Notes: generated from the sequence alone by a model not told the origin. DNA of 64,000 nucleotides from an uncultured SAR86 cluster bacterium (GCA_902596665.1 CACJUN010000001.1:541083-605082); one strand, 5' to 3'. Shown: positions 20,708 through 32,512, counted from the first letter of the stretch. Made by a program: numbers and translations.

Positions 20708-21159
20708 GCTTTTTTCTGCTCGAGAGGATCTTTAAAGTACTTTGAATAATGAGCATCAGATAAAGCTAAAAGTTCTTCTTCTAAATCTCTCTTGAGTATT
20801 TCTAGGTTCATGCTTTCATCATGAAAAGTTATTCCAAAATCACTCAGATCTTCAAAACTTTCACTTACAAGTTTAATTAAATCGAAAATTTGGCAGTACT
20901 CATTAAGATCTGTTTTTATTTTTAAATCTAATTCGGCGATTTTTGTAGATAGTTTTTTTGAGTTTATTTTTTTTATTTTTGAATAAATAATTTGAGTTTT
21001 TAAAGATTCCAATCTCTTCCAAATTGCATCTTTTTCATCTTCGTCGTATTTATTCCAGTTGATTACCTCGAAGTAAAACCTTTTGCACCCCCTACAAACT
21101 TCGTCTCCATATGTCGTAGAACATATTCCAACGCATGGGGTTCTAGTCTTCTTCTGCAT
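20704..21159 (-). CDS. DUF1289 family protein
   Basis: TPCVGICSTTYGDEVCRGCKR..EVINWN Cys-rich motif. Confidence 0.85.
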   Translation of the reverse strand: MQKKTRTPCVGICSTTYGDEVCRGCKRFYFEVINWNKYDEDEKDAIWKRLESLKTQIIYSKIKKINSKKLSTKIAELDLKIKTDLNEYCQIFDLIKLVSESFEDLSDFGITFHDESMNLEILKRDLEEELLALSDAHYSKYFKDPLEQKKA

Positions 21160-21191
21160 AAAGGGTATACTAGCAACTTTTTTAGGGGTTT

Positions 21192-23771
21192 ATGTTAGAA
21201 GCATATAAAAAAATTGAAAAAGAAAGAGCCGAACTTGGCATTCCGCCAGAACCACTCGATGCTGAACAAACTGCTGATCTTGTTGAGCTAATCAAAGAGA
21301 ACTCTGATGACGGAGAATTTTTACTAGATCTATTAATCAATAGAGTTCCTGCTGGAGTAGACGATGCTGCCTATGTAAAAGCAGCATTTCTTAATGATAT
21401 CGCTACAAAAAAGATCACATGTGATTTGATTGATCCCACAAAAGCTACTTTTTACCTAGGAACTATGCTCGGTGGTTACAATGTTGAACCTCTTATTAAT
21501 CTTCTCGATGATGACGAATGTGGAAATGAGGCTGTTAAAGCACTTTCACAGACTTTATTGGTTTTCGATGCATTCAATGACGTAGCAGAAAAATCAAAAG
21601 ATTCTTCGAATGCAGCAAAAGTTTTAAAATCTTGGGCAGAAGCAGAATGGTTTACATCCAAACCCGAAGTTCCCCAATCAATAACTACGACTGTTTTTAA
21701 AGTTCCTGGCGAAACAAACACTGACGATCTTTCTCCTGCACCGGATGCTTGGTCAAGACCAGATATTCCATTGCATGCTTTGGCTATGTACAAAATGCCA
21801 AGACAAGGTTTGTCTAATGATCCTCTTGGAGAAATAAAAAAATTAAAAGAAAAAGGTCATCCTGTATGTCTGGTAGGTGATGTCGTTGGTACTGGATCTT
21901 CTAGAAAATCGGCTACAAATTCAGTCTTATGGCATATGGGAGATGATATTCCTTTCATCCCAAATAAAAGAACAGGAGGCATATGCATAGGAACTAAAAT
22001 AGCTCCTATTTTCTTTAATACAATGGAAGATGCCGGCACTCTTGTTTTCGAAGCAGATGTTGAAAAAATGGAATCTGGTGATGTGATAACAATATTTCCT
22101 CACGAAGGAAAAATTGAAAATGAGAGCTCTGAAAACATATCGTCTTTTGAACTTAAGTCAGAAACTTTTCTAGATGAAGTAAGAGCAGGCGGAAGAATAC
22201 CGCTGATAATTGGTAGAAGCTTGACTGATAAAGCCAGGGACTTTTTGAACTTGCCAGCAACAGATGTATTTGTGAGACCGGGGAAAGCAGATGAATCAAA
22301 CGATGGCTATACTCTTGCTCAAAAAATTGTTGGTAAAGCTTGTGGTGTTGAAGGCATCAGACCTGGCACCTATTGTGAACCAATTATGACTACAGTTGGT
22401 TCTCAAGATACCACTGGACCAATGACTAGAGATGAACTTAAGGAACTAGCTTGTTTGGGTTTCACATCTGATTTAGTTATGCAGTCTTTTTGTCATACCG
22501 CTGCATATCCTAAGCCTGTTGATATAGAAACACAGCACACTTTGCCAGAATTTATCAAAACGCGTGGTGGAGTTGCTTTGCAACCCGGAGACGGGATCAT
22601 TCATTCTTGGTTAAATAGAATGTTACTTCCAGATACTGTTGGAACTGGGGGAGATTCCCATACTAGATTCCCAATAGGAATTAGTTTTCCAGCTGGATCT
22701 GGACTTGTAGCATTTGGAGCAGCTTTAGGCGTGATTCCTTTAGATATGCCTGAATCTGTCTTGGTAAGGTTTTCTGGAGAAATGCAACCTGGAATAACTC
22801 TTAGAGACCTTGTAAACGCTATTCCTTATGCAGCTATTCAAAAAGGTCTTCTCACTGTTGAGAAAGAAGGAAAGAAAAATATTTTCTCTGGTAGATGTCT
22901 TGAAATTGAAGGATTACCAAATTTAAAAATTGAACAAGCTTTTGAGTTGTCCGATGCTTCTGCAGAAAGATCTGCATCTGGATGTACTGTTCTTTTAGAT
23001 GAAGAACCAATTTTAGAATATCTAAAATCTAATATAGTTCTTTTGAGGTGGCTGATCTCTGAGGGATATGGAGATGCAAGGACCTTGGAAAGAAGAGCTC
23101 AAAAAATGGAACAATGGATTCAAAATCCTGTCTTACTTAAACCGGATAATAATGCCAAGTATGCAGCCACAATTGAAATTGATCTAAATGAAATAAAAGA
23201 ACCTCTTTTAGCTTGTCCAAATGATCCAGACGATATAAAAACACTTTCTGAAATTGGAGAAGATAAAATTGATGAGGTATTCATCGGTTCTTGTATGACA
23301 AATATTGGCCATTTCAGAGCTGCTGGAAAACTTTTAAAGGATACCTCTTCGCTTCCAACAAGATTATGGATTTCTCCTCCCACCAGAATGGATAAGTTTC
23401 AACTTGAACAGGAAGGCTTCTATGATATTTTCAAAAAAGCTGGGGTAAGAACTGAAGTTCCTGGATGTTCTTTATGTATGGGTAATCAAGCAAGAGTTGA
23501 ACCTAATGCAACCGTTGTATCAACCTCAACAAGGAACTTTCCAAACAGACTGGGTGATGGCGCTGATGTATATCTCGCTTCGGCGGAACTTGCAGCGATT
23601 TCATCTATTCTTGGAAAACTTCCCACCAATGATGAATATCAGAGTTTTATGTCTGAAATAAATACTATGTCAGCTGACATTTTTCGATACATGAACTTTA
23701 ACGAAATCAAGAGCTATAAAGATGCAGCTGATAATGCAAAACTTCCAGCTGTGACTATTGAATCTAATTAG
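21192..23771 (+). CDS. acnB: Aconitate hydratase B (also 2-methylisocitrate dehydratase)
   Basis: [14 protein letters not shown]; [12 protein letters not shown]; [12 protein letters not shown]; [12 protein letters not shown]; [12 protein letters not shown]; [12 protein letters not shown]. Confidence 0.98.
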   Translation: MLEAYKKIEKERAELGIPPEPLDAEQTADLVELIKENSDDGEFLLDLLINRVPAGVDDAAYVKAAFLNDIATKKITCDLIDPTKATFYLGTMLGGYNVEPLINLLDDDECGNEAVKALSQTLLVFDAFNDVAEKSKDSSNAAKVLKSWAEAEWFTSKPEVPQSITTTVFKVPGETNTDDLSPAPDAWSRPDIPLHALAMYKMPRQGLSNDPLGEIKKLKEKGHPVCLVGDVVGTGSSRKSATNSVLWHMGDDIPFIPNKRTGGICIGTKIAPIFFNTMEDAGTLVFEADVEKMESGDVITIFPHEGKIENESSENISSFELKSETFLDEVRAGGRIPLIIGRSLTDKARDFLNLPATDVFVRPGKADESNDGYTLAQKIVGKACGVEGIRPGTYCEPIMTTVGSQDTTGPMTRDELKELACLGFTSDLVMQSFCHTAAYPKPVDIETQHTLPEFIKTRGGVALQPGDGIIHSWLNRMLLPDTVGTGGDSHTRFPIGISFPAGSGLVAFGAALGVIPLDMPESVLVRFSGEMQPGITLRDLVNAIPYAAIQKGLLTVEKEGKKNIFSGRCLEIEGLPNLKIEQAFELSDASAERSASGCTVLLDEEPILEYLKSNIVLLRWLISEGYGDARTLERRAQKMEQWIQNPVLLKPDNNAKYAATIEIDLNEIKEPLLACPNDPDDIKTLSEIGEDKIDEVFIGSCMTNIGHFRAAGKLLKDTSSLPTRLWISPPTRMDKFQLEQEGFYDIFKKAGVRTEVPGCSLCMGNQARVEPNATVVSTSTRNFPNRLGDGADVYLASAELAAISSILGKLPTNDEYQSFMSEINTMSADIFRYMNFNEIKSYKDAADNAKLPAVTIESN

Positions 23772-25234
23772 ATTTTATTTAAATCAGATCTCAAGACCTC
23801 AAGATTTTTTAAGTAATCAGAAGAAACTTGATCATCTAAATATTCACCATCAAAGATAGAGGTTTCAAAATTTTCTATCTCTTTATTTCCTTCTTTAGCG
23901 CTTCTAATAAGATCTTCTAAATTTTGATAAACCAGCCAATCGGCTCCTATATATTCTGCAATTTGATCTTCATCTTTTTGATGAGCAATCAACTCGGTAG
24001 TTGCAGCCATATCAATTCCATAAACATTTTGAAATCTAATTGGAGGTGCTGCGGATGCAAAAAAAACTTTTTTTGCTCCAGCTTCTCTAGCCATTTCTAC
24101 TATTTGCTTACTTGTAGTTCCTCTAACAATTGAATCGTCTACAAGAAGAACATTTTTGCCTTCAAATTCCATGGTAATTGGATTAAGTTTTCTCTTAACA
24201 GATTTTCTTCGCATCTCTTGTTTGGGCATGATAAACGTCCTTCCGATATATCTATTCTTCACAAAACCCTCTCTGTAAGGTAAACCCAGTTTCTTTGCTA
24301 CTTCGTTTGCTGATGTTGTGCTGCTTTCAGGGATGGGTATAACTACATCTATTTCGTGGTCAGGATACAGACCAAGTATTTTTTCGCCAAGGTAAGTGCC
24401 CATTCTTTGTCTAGCTTTATGAACAGATACTTTATCAATAACTGAATCAGGTCTAGCTAAATAAACGTATTCAAAAATACACGGGCTATGCTTTGCTGCC
24501 TTTTGACTTTTGGATCTGCTCATTTTTCCTTCTTTTGAAATAAAAATTGTTTCACCAGCCGCAATGTCATCAATGATTTTAAAATCAAGTGCGTCAATTG
24601 CTGCGCTTTCGGAGGCAATCATATATTCTGCCCCCATAAGATCCTCATCCCTCTTACCTATGATTAGAGGTCTTATTCCGTGGGGGTCTCTAACTGCTAC
24701 TAATCCCACATTGTTGATCATAATTATTATTGAGTATGCTCCAGATAATCTTGATTGCATCCTTGTAACAGCCTCGAAAATTTCTTCTTTAGAAGGTTGA
24801 ACACCTCCAATCTGTTGCAGCTCATGAGCAAAAATATTAAGGATTACTTCTGAATCTGAATTTGTATTTAAGTGCCTTCTATCTGTCTCAGCAAGTTCTT
24901 CGCATAGAGAATCTGTATTCACTAAATTGCCATTGTGAACAATACTTATACCGTATGGTGAATTTACATACATAGGTTGAGCTAACTCCCTTGAAGCCCC
25001 GCCGGCAGTGGGGTATCTAACATGTGCAATACCAATTTTCCCAGTGAGTGACTGAATATGATGCTCTCTAAAAACCTCTCTAACTAGGCCAAGTTGTTTT
25101 CTTGAATTTAATCTTTTTTCCTCTGAAGTAGCTATACCAGCTGCATCTTGCCCTCGATGCTGAATTACTGTGAGAGCCTCATAAAGATCTGAAGCAACCT
25201 CATTTTTTGAGACAATCCCTACTACACCGCACAT
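23768..25234 (-). CDS. purF: Amidophosphoribosyltransferase
   Basis: N-terminal MCG; [10 protein letters not shown]; HVRYPTAG; [12 protein letters not shown]. Confidence 0.98.
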   Translation of the reverse strand: MCGVVGIVSKNEVASDLYEALTVIQHRGQDAAGIATSEEKRLNSRKQLGLVREVFREHHIQSLTGKIGIAHVRYPTAGGASRELAQPMYVNSPYGISIVHNGNLVNTDSLCEELAETDRRHLNTNSDSEVILNIFAHELQQIGGVQPSKEEIFEAVTRMQSRLSGAYSIIIMINNVGLVAVRDPHGIRPLIIGKRDEDLMGAEYMIASESAAIDALDFKIIDDIAAGETIFISKEGKMSRSKSQKAAKHSPCIFEYVYLARPDSVIDKVSVHKARQRMGTYLGEKILGLYPDHEIDVVIPIPESSTTSANEVAKKLGLPYREGFVKNRYIGRTFIMPKQEMRRKSVKRKLNPITMEFEGKNVLLVDDSIVRGTTSKQIVEMAREAGAKKVFFASAAPPIRFQNVYGIDMAATTELIAHQKDEDQIAEYIGADWLVYQNLEDLIRSAKEGNKEIENFETSIFDGEYLDDQVSSDYLKNLEVLRSDLNKI

Positions 25235-25236
25235 TT

Positions 25237-25791
25237 TTATTGAATCTTTTTGTTTATAGAATCTAGATTTTCTTGAAGTGGAAATTTTACCCCTTTAATT
25301 TTTTCAGGAACATCATATTCTTCAATTAATTTTGAAATTTCGATGATATGGTAAGAAAAATAACTTTCCTCCCACCATTCTTTATTTGCTAACTCTTCCT
25401 TTGAAATCAAAAAAATAAATACTAAAACAACTAAGGCTCTCAATGCTCCGAAAGCTGATCCTAAAAACCTATCAAAAAATGAAAGACCGATAAGCTTCAT
25501 TCCTTTTGAAATAATATTTCCAATAAGTCTGAATATAATAAAAGCACAAATAAAAATAATGATTGAACTTAAAATTTCTTTAGTGAATTCATTAAGGTTA
25601 TTTAAAGGCAATACCGAAGATAAATTTAGTCTAAAGAAATATGCAAGAAAAATTGAACCTACCCACTCAACTACAGAAAATATTTCTTTTATTAAACCTT
25701 TAAAAGTTCCTACAACAAGAGAAAAAATAAATATTCCTGCTAATAAGAAATCAATCCAATTTAAAGAAATATTTCCTTCAAGAATATCCAT
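25237..25791 (-). CDS. cvpA: CvpA family (colicin V production) membrane protein
   Basis: NWIDF..GLIKEIFS; DRFLGSAFGALR; directly upstream of purF. Confidence 0.9.
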   Translation of the reverse strand: MDILEGNISLNWIDFLLAGIFIFSLVVGTFKGLIKEIFSVVEWVGSIFLAYFFRLNLSSVLPLNNLNEFTKEILSSIIIFICAFIIFRLIGNIISKGMKLIGLSFFDRFLGSAFGALRALVVLVFIFLISKEELANKEWWEESYFSYHIIEISKLIEEYDVPEKIKGVKFPLQENLDSINKKIQ

Positions 25792-25804
25792 GATTGATTC
25801 TACA

Positions 25805-27022
25805 TCATACTAAGTTTGATTCTAAAAACTCTCCGACTAAATAGAATGATCCATAAATAATTATCGCATCGAATTCATTTTTATTTTTTATTTTCTTATA
25901 AGTAACTTCTAAACTTTCACCGTGAGAACCGATACTTTCATTATTTACTGAAGCTAAGAATTGCTCTGGATTCATTAATCTTCTTTCTTTACATCTTGGA
26001 AAATGCCAACAGTCAATTATTTCTTTAAGAGGAGAAATAAGATCATAACTATTCTTTGAAGATGCGAAAATTGCAGCAGTTTTTTTACCTTCAATTTTTT
26101 TTAGGAGTTCTTTTTTTAATTTCTCTAATGCAGACAAGTTGTGGCAAACATCTAGCAAGATATAAGGATCTTCTGAGATAACTTCACATCTTCCTTTAAT
26201 AGAAAAAGAATCCAGAGCTTTTTGAATTTGGTTTTCTGAAATCTTGAATCCTAAACTTAAGAATGATCTTATAGCGATCGCTATAGATGATGAATCTATA
26301 TTTTGTTTATCTTTAAATTTGAATTGATTCTTCTTATCAAGATATAAAATGCTTTCTTTGTTTATCTTTACTTCGAAATCTTTTTTTAAAAAAGATGAGT
26401 TAGCATTTTTAATTTTGATTTCTTTTTTTAAAGAATTCGGTACATGGGAATTGCCAAAAATAAATTTTTTATTTTCTTTTATGATCCCAGCTTTTTCTTT
26501 TGCAATATTTTCTATTCCTTTCCCTAAAATTTCTTCATGATCAAGTTGAACGTTTGTAATGATAGATAGATCTGCATTTAAAATATTTGTGGGATCTAAC
26601 CTTCCTCCCATGCCAATTTCTACAATCCAGAGATCAATATTCTCATCATTAAAAATTTTCATCATAGCTAAAGCTAGGTACTGGAAAAAATTAAGGGGGA
26701 TATCTCCTTTGGCTGCTTTTACCCTTTCCAAGGATTTCAAAAATAAGTTGTCCGATATTGGCTCACCATTTATTTTTATTCTTTCGTTAATTCTAATTAA
26801 ATGAGGCGAGGAAAAAGTTCCGACTTTAAAACCTTTCTGTAAACCAAATTGAGTTAATATTTCACCTGTGGTTCCTTTTCCATTGGTGCCAGATATAAGA
26901 ATAATCTTTCCTCTGGGTTGAATGTTGAGAAGATCATAAACCTTCTGAGGATTTCTAAGGCCCTTTTCAGAGTCATCTTCAGAAAAAAGGAATTTGCTTA
27001 TCCAAGCTTCAAGCTTCGTCAA
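25805..27022 (-). CDS. folC: Bifunctional folylpolyglutamate/dihydrofolate synthase
   Basis: ISGTNGKGTT; FSSPHL..NERI; EIGMGGRLDPTN; EKAGI; DVCHN; YGSFYLVG. Confidence 0.93.
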   Translation of the reverse strand: MTKLEAWISKFLFSEDDSEKGLRNPQKVYDLLNIQPRGKIILISGTNGKGTTGEILTQFGLQKGFKVGTFSSPHLIRINERIKINGEPISDNLFLKSLERVKAAKGDIPLNFFQYLALAMMKIFNDENIDLWIVEIGMGGRLDPTNILNADLSIITNVQLDHEEILGKGIENIAKEKAGIIKENKKFIFGNSHVPNSLKKEIKIKNANSSFLKKDFEVKINKESILYLDKKNQFKFKDKQNIDSSSIAIAIRSFLSLGFKISENQIQKALDSFSIKGRCEVISEDPYILLDVCHNLSALEKLKKELLKKIEGKKTAAIFASSKNSYDLISPLKEIIDCWHFPRCKERRLMNPEQFLASVNNESIGSHGESLEVTYKKIKNKNEFDAIIIYGSFYLVGEFLESNLV

Positions 27023-27878
27023 TCTTTGGAGATAATTTTGATACTAAATTAAATATTTTTTCTTTTAATTCGGTCCTAGGTACTATCATATCGATCATTC
27101 CATGCTTTAAAAGAAATTCACTTTTTTGAAAACCATCAGGCAGTTTAACTCTTACAGTTTGCTCAATGACTCTAGGTCCAGTGAACCCGACCTGAGCTTT
27201 CGGTTCCGCTATATTTACATCTCCCAACATGGCGAGACTCGCGGCAACGCCTCCATAAATTGGATCGGTTAGTACTGATATGAAAGGCAGCTTAGCTTGC
27301 TTGAGATCATTGAGAGCTGCTGCTGTTTTTGCCATTTGAAAGAGAGAAACTAATGATTCTTGCATTCTTGCTCCTCCGCTAGTGGAAAAACAAACAAAAG
27401 GCAGTTTCTTATCAACAGCATAATATACTGCATCAGTAAATTTTTGACCTACCACTGAACCCATCGATCCGCCCATGAATCTGAATTCGAATGCTGCGGC
27501 GACCATTTCTCTATCTTTGACTTTACCGTAAGCGGAAATGATGGCTTCTTTCTCATTTATTTTATTAATAGATTCTGAGATTCGATCTTTGTACTTTTTA
27601 GTATCTTTGAAATCTAGCCAATCCTTGGTTTCTATGTCTTCTGAAATTTCTTGATACTCATTATTATCAAAGAAATAGCTCATTCTATGTCTTGCGCCTA
27701 TTCTTATGTGATGCCCACAGTTAGTGCAAACATAATGATTTTCCTCTAGGTCTGGTCCATAGATTATTTCATTGCAGTTTGGGCAACTCTGCCAGAGCCC
27801 TTGAGGGATTGGACTAGGTCTCTCTTCAGGATTTTGTCTGATAAAAGAAGGAAGAATTTTATCAAACCATTTTTTCAT
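27009..27878 (-). CDS. accD: Acetyl-CoA carboxylase carboxyltransferase beta subunit
   Basis: LWQSCPNC..CTNC zinc finger; FMGGSMGSVVG; SGGARMQE; GFTGPRVIEQT. Confidence 0.97.
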   Translation of the reverse strand: MKKWFDKILPSFIRQNPEERPSPIPQGLWQSCPNCNEIIYGPDLEENHYVCTNCGHHIRIGARHRMSYFFDNNEYQEISEDIETKDWLDFKDTKKYKDRISESINKINEKEAIISAYGKVKDREMVAAAFEFRFMGGSMGSVVGQKFTDAVYYAVDKKLPFVCFSTSGGARMQESLVSLFQMAKTAAALNDLKQAKLPFISVLTDPIYGGVAASLAMLGDVNIAEPKAQVGFTGPRVIEQTVRVKLPDGFQKSEFLLKHGMIDMIVPRTELKEKIFNLVSKLSPKIDEA

Positions 27879-28675
27879 TTTTTTCTAACGTCCCTTCTAA
27901 ATTTTTTTAGAGACTTTTCTAAAAACTTCATTGAGTCACTCAATCTAAAATTATTTTGTTGAATAATATCAATTAATCTACTTCCAACAACTACGCCATC
28001 AGATATTTTTGACATTTTTTGAGCGATCTCCCCTTCCTTTATTCCGAATCCTACCACAACCGGAATTTTTGTTTTTGATTTGATGTATTTAACTTTATCT
28101 TGCACTTCTTTAAAATTTGAAAGTTTAGCGCCTGTTACTCCTCTAAAGGAAACATAATAGAGAAAGCCACTAGAAAATTTAACTATTTTTTCGATTGTTT
28201 TTTTTGGAGTTGTGGGAGAAATTAGCCTGATTAAATCCAAATCAATGTCTTTAAGTTTATTATAAAAAAATTCACTTTCTTCGTAGGGTAGATCCACAAT
28301 TATCAATCCATCAACTCCTGCCTTTTTTATTTTTTTGAACAGGTTCTCTCCTTGCGAGAGAAAATTATTCATATAGCCCATGAGCACAATGGGCTTATCT
28401 TGATTATGGATTCTCAACTCCTTAACTAAAGATAATATTCTGCTGAAGGTAATATAGGAGCTTAATGCTCTCTCGTGAGAGCGCTGAATAATAGATCCTT
28501 CAGCCATAGGATCCGAAAAAGGAACTCCTATTTCGATAATATCTGCATAAGATAATAGTTTGAGAAAAACTTTTTTTGAGAAATTTAAATTATTATCGCC
28601 AGCTACATAGTAGGTTATTAATGTCTTTGACTCTTGATTTTTTGCCCTTTCAAAAGAGTCTTTGATTCTTCCCAT
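27875..28675 (-). CDS. trpA: Tryptophan synthase alpha chain
   Basis: EIGVPFSDPMAEG; VLMGYMN; YVSFRGVTG; VGFGI; DGVVVGS. Confidence 0.96.
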   Translation of the reverse strand: MGRIKDSFERAKNQESKTLITYYVAGDNNLNFSKKVFLKLLSYADIIEIGVPFSDPMAEGSIIQRSHERALSSYITFSRILSLVKELRIHNQDKPIVLMGYMNNFLSQGENLFKKIKKAGVDGLIIVDLPYEESEFFYNKLKDIDLDLIRLISPTTPKKTIEKIVKFSSGFLYYVSFRGVTGAKLSNFKEVQDKVKYIKSKTKIPVVVGFGIKEGEIAQKMSKISDGVVVGSRLIDIIQQNNFRLSDSMKFLEKSLKKFRRDVRKK

Positions 28676-28681
28676 TTTAGA

Positions 28682-29893
28682 TCAGAAATTAATTCCATCA
28701 GCTTTCGCCACTGATTGCATGTCTTTATCTCCTCTACCAGATAAATTGACAACCACAACGTCTGATTTTTTTAATTTTTTAGCATTCTTGGATACCCAGG
28801 CTAAGGCATGTGAAGTCTCTAACGCAGGCATTATTCCTTCAATTCGACTTAAATCGTGGAAAGCTTTAAGGGCCTCTTTATCTGTAGCTGCTTCATAATG
28901 CACTCTGCCCATATCTTTTAAGAAAGAATGTTCAGGACCCACACCAGGGTAATCTAGCCCAGCTGAAACTGAATGAGTTCCCAAAATTTGACCATCTGAG
29001 TTTTGCATTAAATAAGTTTTCATTCCATGCAGCACTCCAGGAGATCCATCGCTTAAAGGTGCGGCATGCTTACCTGAACTTAACCCAGATCCTGCGGCCT
29101 CGACTCCAATTAAATCTACTTCTTTGTCCTTAATAAAAGGGTAAAAAATTCCCATGGCATTAGAACCCCCTCCAACGCAAGCGACAATTTTATCTGGATA
29201 CTTTCCAAAAAGGATTTTTGATTGTTTTTTTAGTTCTGTTCCAACGATCGAATTGAAATCCCTAACAATCATAGGATATGGGTGGGGGCCGGCTACACTT
29301 CCAATTATGTAATGAGTATCGTCTATGTAAGAAACCCAATCTCTCATGGCTTCATTCATGGCATCTTTTAATGTCGATGTCCCTGAAGAAACCGGACATA
29401 CTTCAGCTCCCATTAATTTCATTCTATAGACGTTCTGGGCTTGTCTTTCGATATCTTCAGATCCCATAAAAATTATGCATTCTATTCCATGACGCGCGCA
29501 CACAGCTGCAGTTGCAACGCCATGTTGCCCTGCTCCAGTCTCTGCAATAATCCTTTTCTTGCCCATTTTCTTTGCTAAAAGAACTTGGCCAACAGTATTA
29601 TTAATTTTGTGAGCCCCGGTATGATTTAAATCTTCCCTCTTAAGGAAGACTTTGGCTCCATTAAGTTTATCGGTCCATCTCTTTGCAAAATATAAAGGCG
29701 AAGGCCTTCCTACAAAGGTTTGTAGGTCATTAGTTAGCTCTTCCTGAAATTTTTTATCGTTTTTAATCTTTTTATATAAAGATTCTAGTTCTTCTAATGC
29801 AGAAATTAAGGTTTCAGAAACGTACCTACCTCCAAATGATCCAAAGCGTCCGTTTTTGTCAGGATAATTATAATTATTATTTTTATTAGCCAT
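28682..29893 (-). CDS. trpB: Tryptophan synthase beta chain
   Basis: [15 protein letters not shown]; [11 protein letters not shown]; [10 protein letters not shown]; [13 protein letters not shown]; NLSGRGDKD. Confidence 0.98.
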   Translation of the reverse strand: MANKNNNYNYPDKNGRFGSFGGRYVSETLISALEELESLYKKIKNDKKFQEELTNDLQTFVGRPSPLYFAKRWTDKLNGAKVFLKREDLNHTGAHKINNTVGQVLLAKKMGKKRIIAETGAGQHGVATAAVCARHGIECIIFMGSEDIERQAQNVYRMKLMGAEVCPVSSGTSTLKDAMNEAMRDWVSYIDDTHYIIGSVAGPHPYPMIVRDFNSIVGTELKKQSKILFGKYPDKIVACVGGGSNAMGIFYPFIKDKEVDLIGVEAAGSGLSSGKHAAPLSDGSPGVLHGMKTYLMQNSDGQILGTHSVSAGLDYPGVGPEHSFLKDMGRVHYEAATDKEALKAFHDLSRIEGIMPALETSHALAWVSKNAKKLKKSDVVVVNLSGRGDKDMQSVAKADGINF

Positions 29894-30509
29894 TTTTTTT
29901 CAAAACTTTAAAAAAAGTCTCAATTTTTTCTATATCTTTTATTGCTTCCTTGGACTCTAGTCCAGAATTTACATCAATTCCAAAAATATTATGCTTTTTG
30001 CTTAACAAATCAGAAACGTTACTAGAATTAATGCCTCCTGCAACGATTATTTTTTCTTTTTCTGTTTTTGGAATAAGCTTCCAATCAAAAGCAATCCCTG
30101 TTCCACCCTTTTTAACTGAATTACCCGAATCAATTAAAAAAGCATGAGCGTTAGAGTACAGATCCATATAGTTTTTCCAATACCTTAAGTTATGAGCATG
30201 AAATGCTTTAATGTATTTTCTATCAAATGACTCACAAAACCCAGCCGGCTCCTCTCCATGAAATTGAATTATTGAATTAGGAAATTTTTCAATAACTGTT
30301 TTAACTTCTTTCTCGCTAGGATTAACAAATACAAAAACTATATCTAGTTCCTTATCTAATCTTTCCTGAATTTTAAGAGGCACATCCAATTCAACAAACC
30401 TGGGTGACTTTTCATATCTAATAAACCCTAGTGCATCGGCTCCCAAATTTGAACAAAGTAACCCGGATTCTGTGTCATTTATTCCGCAAATTTTTGTATA
30501 GATGCTCAT
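29886..30509 (-). CDS. trpF: Phosphoribosylanthranilate isomerase
   Basis: TKICGI; KSPRFV; QFHGEE; [13 protein letters not shown]; [13 protein letters not shown]. Start placed at MSIYTK (30509). Confidence 0.94.
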   Translation of the reverse strand: MSIYTKICGINDTESGLLCSNLGADALGFIRYEKSPRFVELDVPLKIQERLDKELDIVFVFVNPSEKEVKTVIEKFPNSIIQFHGEEPAGFCESFDRKYIKAFHAHNLRYWKNYMDLYSNAHAFLIDSGNSVKKGGTGIAFDWKLIPKTEKEKIIVAGGINSSNVSDLLSKKHNIFGIDVNSGLESKEAIKDIEKIETFFKVLKKNG

Positions 30510-30513
30510 GTTT

Positions 30514-31317
30514 TCAAAATATAAATGAACTATGTTCAAAATTGATACAGGGTATTTTCATTTCTTTAGGATATTCGGGTCCAAAATAAAATAATCCTTT
30601 AGACGTAATTGTTTTACCTGCTAAGTTTCTGTCTTTAGCAGCCAGGATTTTTTTCATAATATCTGGATTTAAATTATCATCGGAAATCATAACAAGGGTG
30701 CCCATAATAATTCTTATCATATTATGTAAAAATGCATTCCCAGTAATATCAAAAAAAATAAATTCTCCCTTCCTTGAAATTTTAATTGATTCAATATTTC
30801 TAAAAGGACTGTGAGATTGACATGAAGATGAACGAAAAGAACTAAAATTATTTTCTCCAATTAAAAATTTAGAAGCTTTTTTTAACTTACTAACATTAAT
30901 TCTCTTTTGAACAGATAGAGAATAATTACTCGAAAAAACGGAACCAGTTGATCTTTCTTCAATGACGTACCTATATCTTCTTTTAATAGCTGAAAATCTT
31001 GCACTAAAATCTTTATCAACTTTTTTTATCCAAATTGCTTTTACTTGAGTCCCCATTAAGGAATTAAGCCCCTTGAGGAAAGATTCATTAGTTCTACTTT
31101 TACTTGTCTCGAAATGTACAGTTTGATTCAGTGCATGGACGCCGGAATCAGTTCTCCCTGAGCAAATTGTTGATATTTTCTGATCAAGAAATTTTGATAG
31201 TGATTTTTCAACGATATCTTGTACGGTTGTTTGACCCTTTTTTTGTCTTTGCCAGCCTTTTAAATTTGTACCTATGTACTCTAACCCAAGCGCGTACTTC
31301 TTAACTTCCTTGATCAT
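30514..31317 (-). CDS. truA: tRNA pseudouridine(38-40) synthase
   Basis: YALGLEYIG..GWQRQ; SGRTDSGVHA; FSARFSA; NAFLHNMIRIIMG. Confidence 0.96.
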   Translation of the reverse strand: MIKEVKKYALGLEYIGTNLKGWQRQKKGQTTVQDIVEKSLSKFLDQKISTICSGRTDSGVHALNQTVHFETSKSRTNESFLKGLNSLMGTQVKAIWIKKVDKDFSARFSAIKRRYRYVIEERSTGSVFSSNYSLSVQKRINVSKLKKASKFLIGENNFSSFRSSSCQSHSPFRNIESIKISRKGEFIFFDITGNAFLHNMIRIIMGTLVMISDDNLNPDIMKKILAAKDRNLAGKTITSKGLFYFGPEYPKEMKIPCINFEHSSFIF

Positions 31318-32512
31318 TTATCTTTTGAAGAAGAGTGTCGGCTTTATTTTTTTGTTCAAAATTAGGACTTAAATCAAAAACCTCATAAATGATAGCTTTT
31401 GCATCGTATGCTTTTCCCATTTCGATATAACTAACAGCTAAATTTAATCTTGCATCAATAGGATCACCAACTTCTGCATACTCATCATTGAGCAATTCAT
31501 GCGACTTATTTTTAATGAGTGAAGAAAGAATTTGGTAACTATTCCAAGCTGCTCCTTTTCTTAAATTATCAGAGACAATCCAAAAATTAGCTCTATTATC
31601 TTTCCATAAATCCTTTCTTAATCTACCTATAAAAACTTCATTAGATTTTTCAGCATGAGTAACTGGAGTTGGGAAAAAATCTTCATCAGAATCACACAGT
31701 ATGAGTCCATTTTGATTATTAATTGAATCTTTAACTTCTTCTAAATTAATTTCTTTTTCTGTTTCCAAGTGTATGACCTCTCCATGACCTCTTTGAACTG
31801 GAACTCTAACGCATGTTGCTGATACCTCAATGTCATCGGAAAATATCTTCTTTGTCTCAGTCGTAAGTTTCATTTCTTCTTCTGAATAATTATTTTCTAA
31901 GATATCGCCAGCAAGAGGTAATGCATTGAAAGCTATTTGCACTGGGTAAACATTATTAGAATGTTCTTCACCATCGAGAATTTTTCGAGTTTGTTCTTTA
32001 AGTTCTTCAGAGGCTGATTGTCCCGTTCCTGATACTGATTGATAAGTAGCAACGTCTACTCTTTTTATCTTAAATAGATCGTGAAAAGGCTTAAGAGCAA
32101 CCACCATTTGGGCAGTGGAACAATTTGGATTAGCAATTATTGCAGGCAAATTAAGATCCTCTAATCTAGATCCATTTACTTCAGGAACAATAAGTTCAAG
32201 ATCGTCTCTGTTTCTAAAAAAAGATGAATTATCTATGACAGTGCAACCTTTCTCGATAGCTTGGGATGCGTGAGATTCAGCAACTGATGATCCAGCTGAA
32301 AAAAATGCAACGCTGGCTTTACTAAAATCGAAAAGTTGAAGATCTTCAATTTCTATAATTTTTTCAAAATATTTAATTGCCTTACCTGCAGATTTAGATG
32401 AAGCGACCAAAAAAAGATTCTCAGCGGGAAACTGCTGTTCTGCAAGAATTCTCAAAAATTCTCTTCCAACCGCACCTGTGGCGCCTACTATTGCTAACTT
32501 AATATTAGACAT
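31301..32512 (-). CDS. asd: Aspartate-semialdehyde dehydrogenase fused to a C-terminal FimV-like TPR domain
   Basis: VGATGAVG; IANPNCST; TYQSVSGTG; ATCVRVPV..GHGE; WIVSDNLRKGAAWN. An extra tail of about 67 aa follows in frame and contains ARLNLAVSYIEMGKAYDAKAIIYEV. Confidence 0.93.
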   Translation of the reverse strand: MSNIKLAIVGATGAVGREFLRILAEQQFPAENLFLVASSKSAGKAIKYFEKIIEIEDLQLFDFSKASVAFFSAGSSVAESHASQAIEKGCTVIDNSSFFRNRDDLELIVPEVNGSRLEDLNLPAIIANPNCSTAQMVVALKPFHDLFKIKRVDVATYQSVSGTGQSASEELKEQTRKILDGEEHSNNVYPVQIAFNALPLAGDILENNYSEEEMKLTTETKKIFSDDIEVSATCVRVPVQRGHGEVIHLETEKEINLEEVKDSINNQNGLILCDSDEDFFPTPVTHAEKSNEVFIGRLRKDLWKDNRANFWIVSDNLRKGAAWNSYQILSSLIKNKSHELLNDEYAEVGDPIDARLNLAVSYIEMGKAYDAKAIIYEVFDLSPNFEQKNKADTLLQKINDQGS

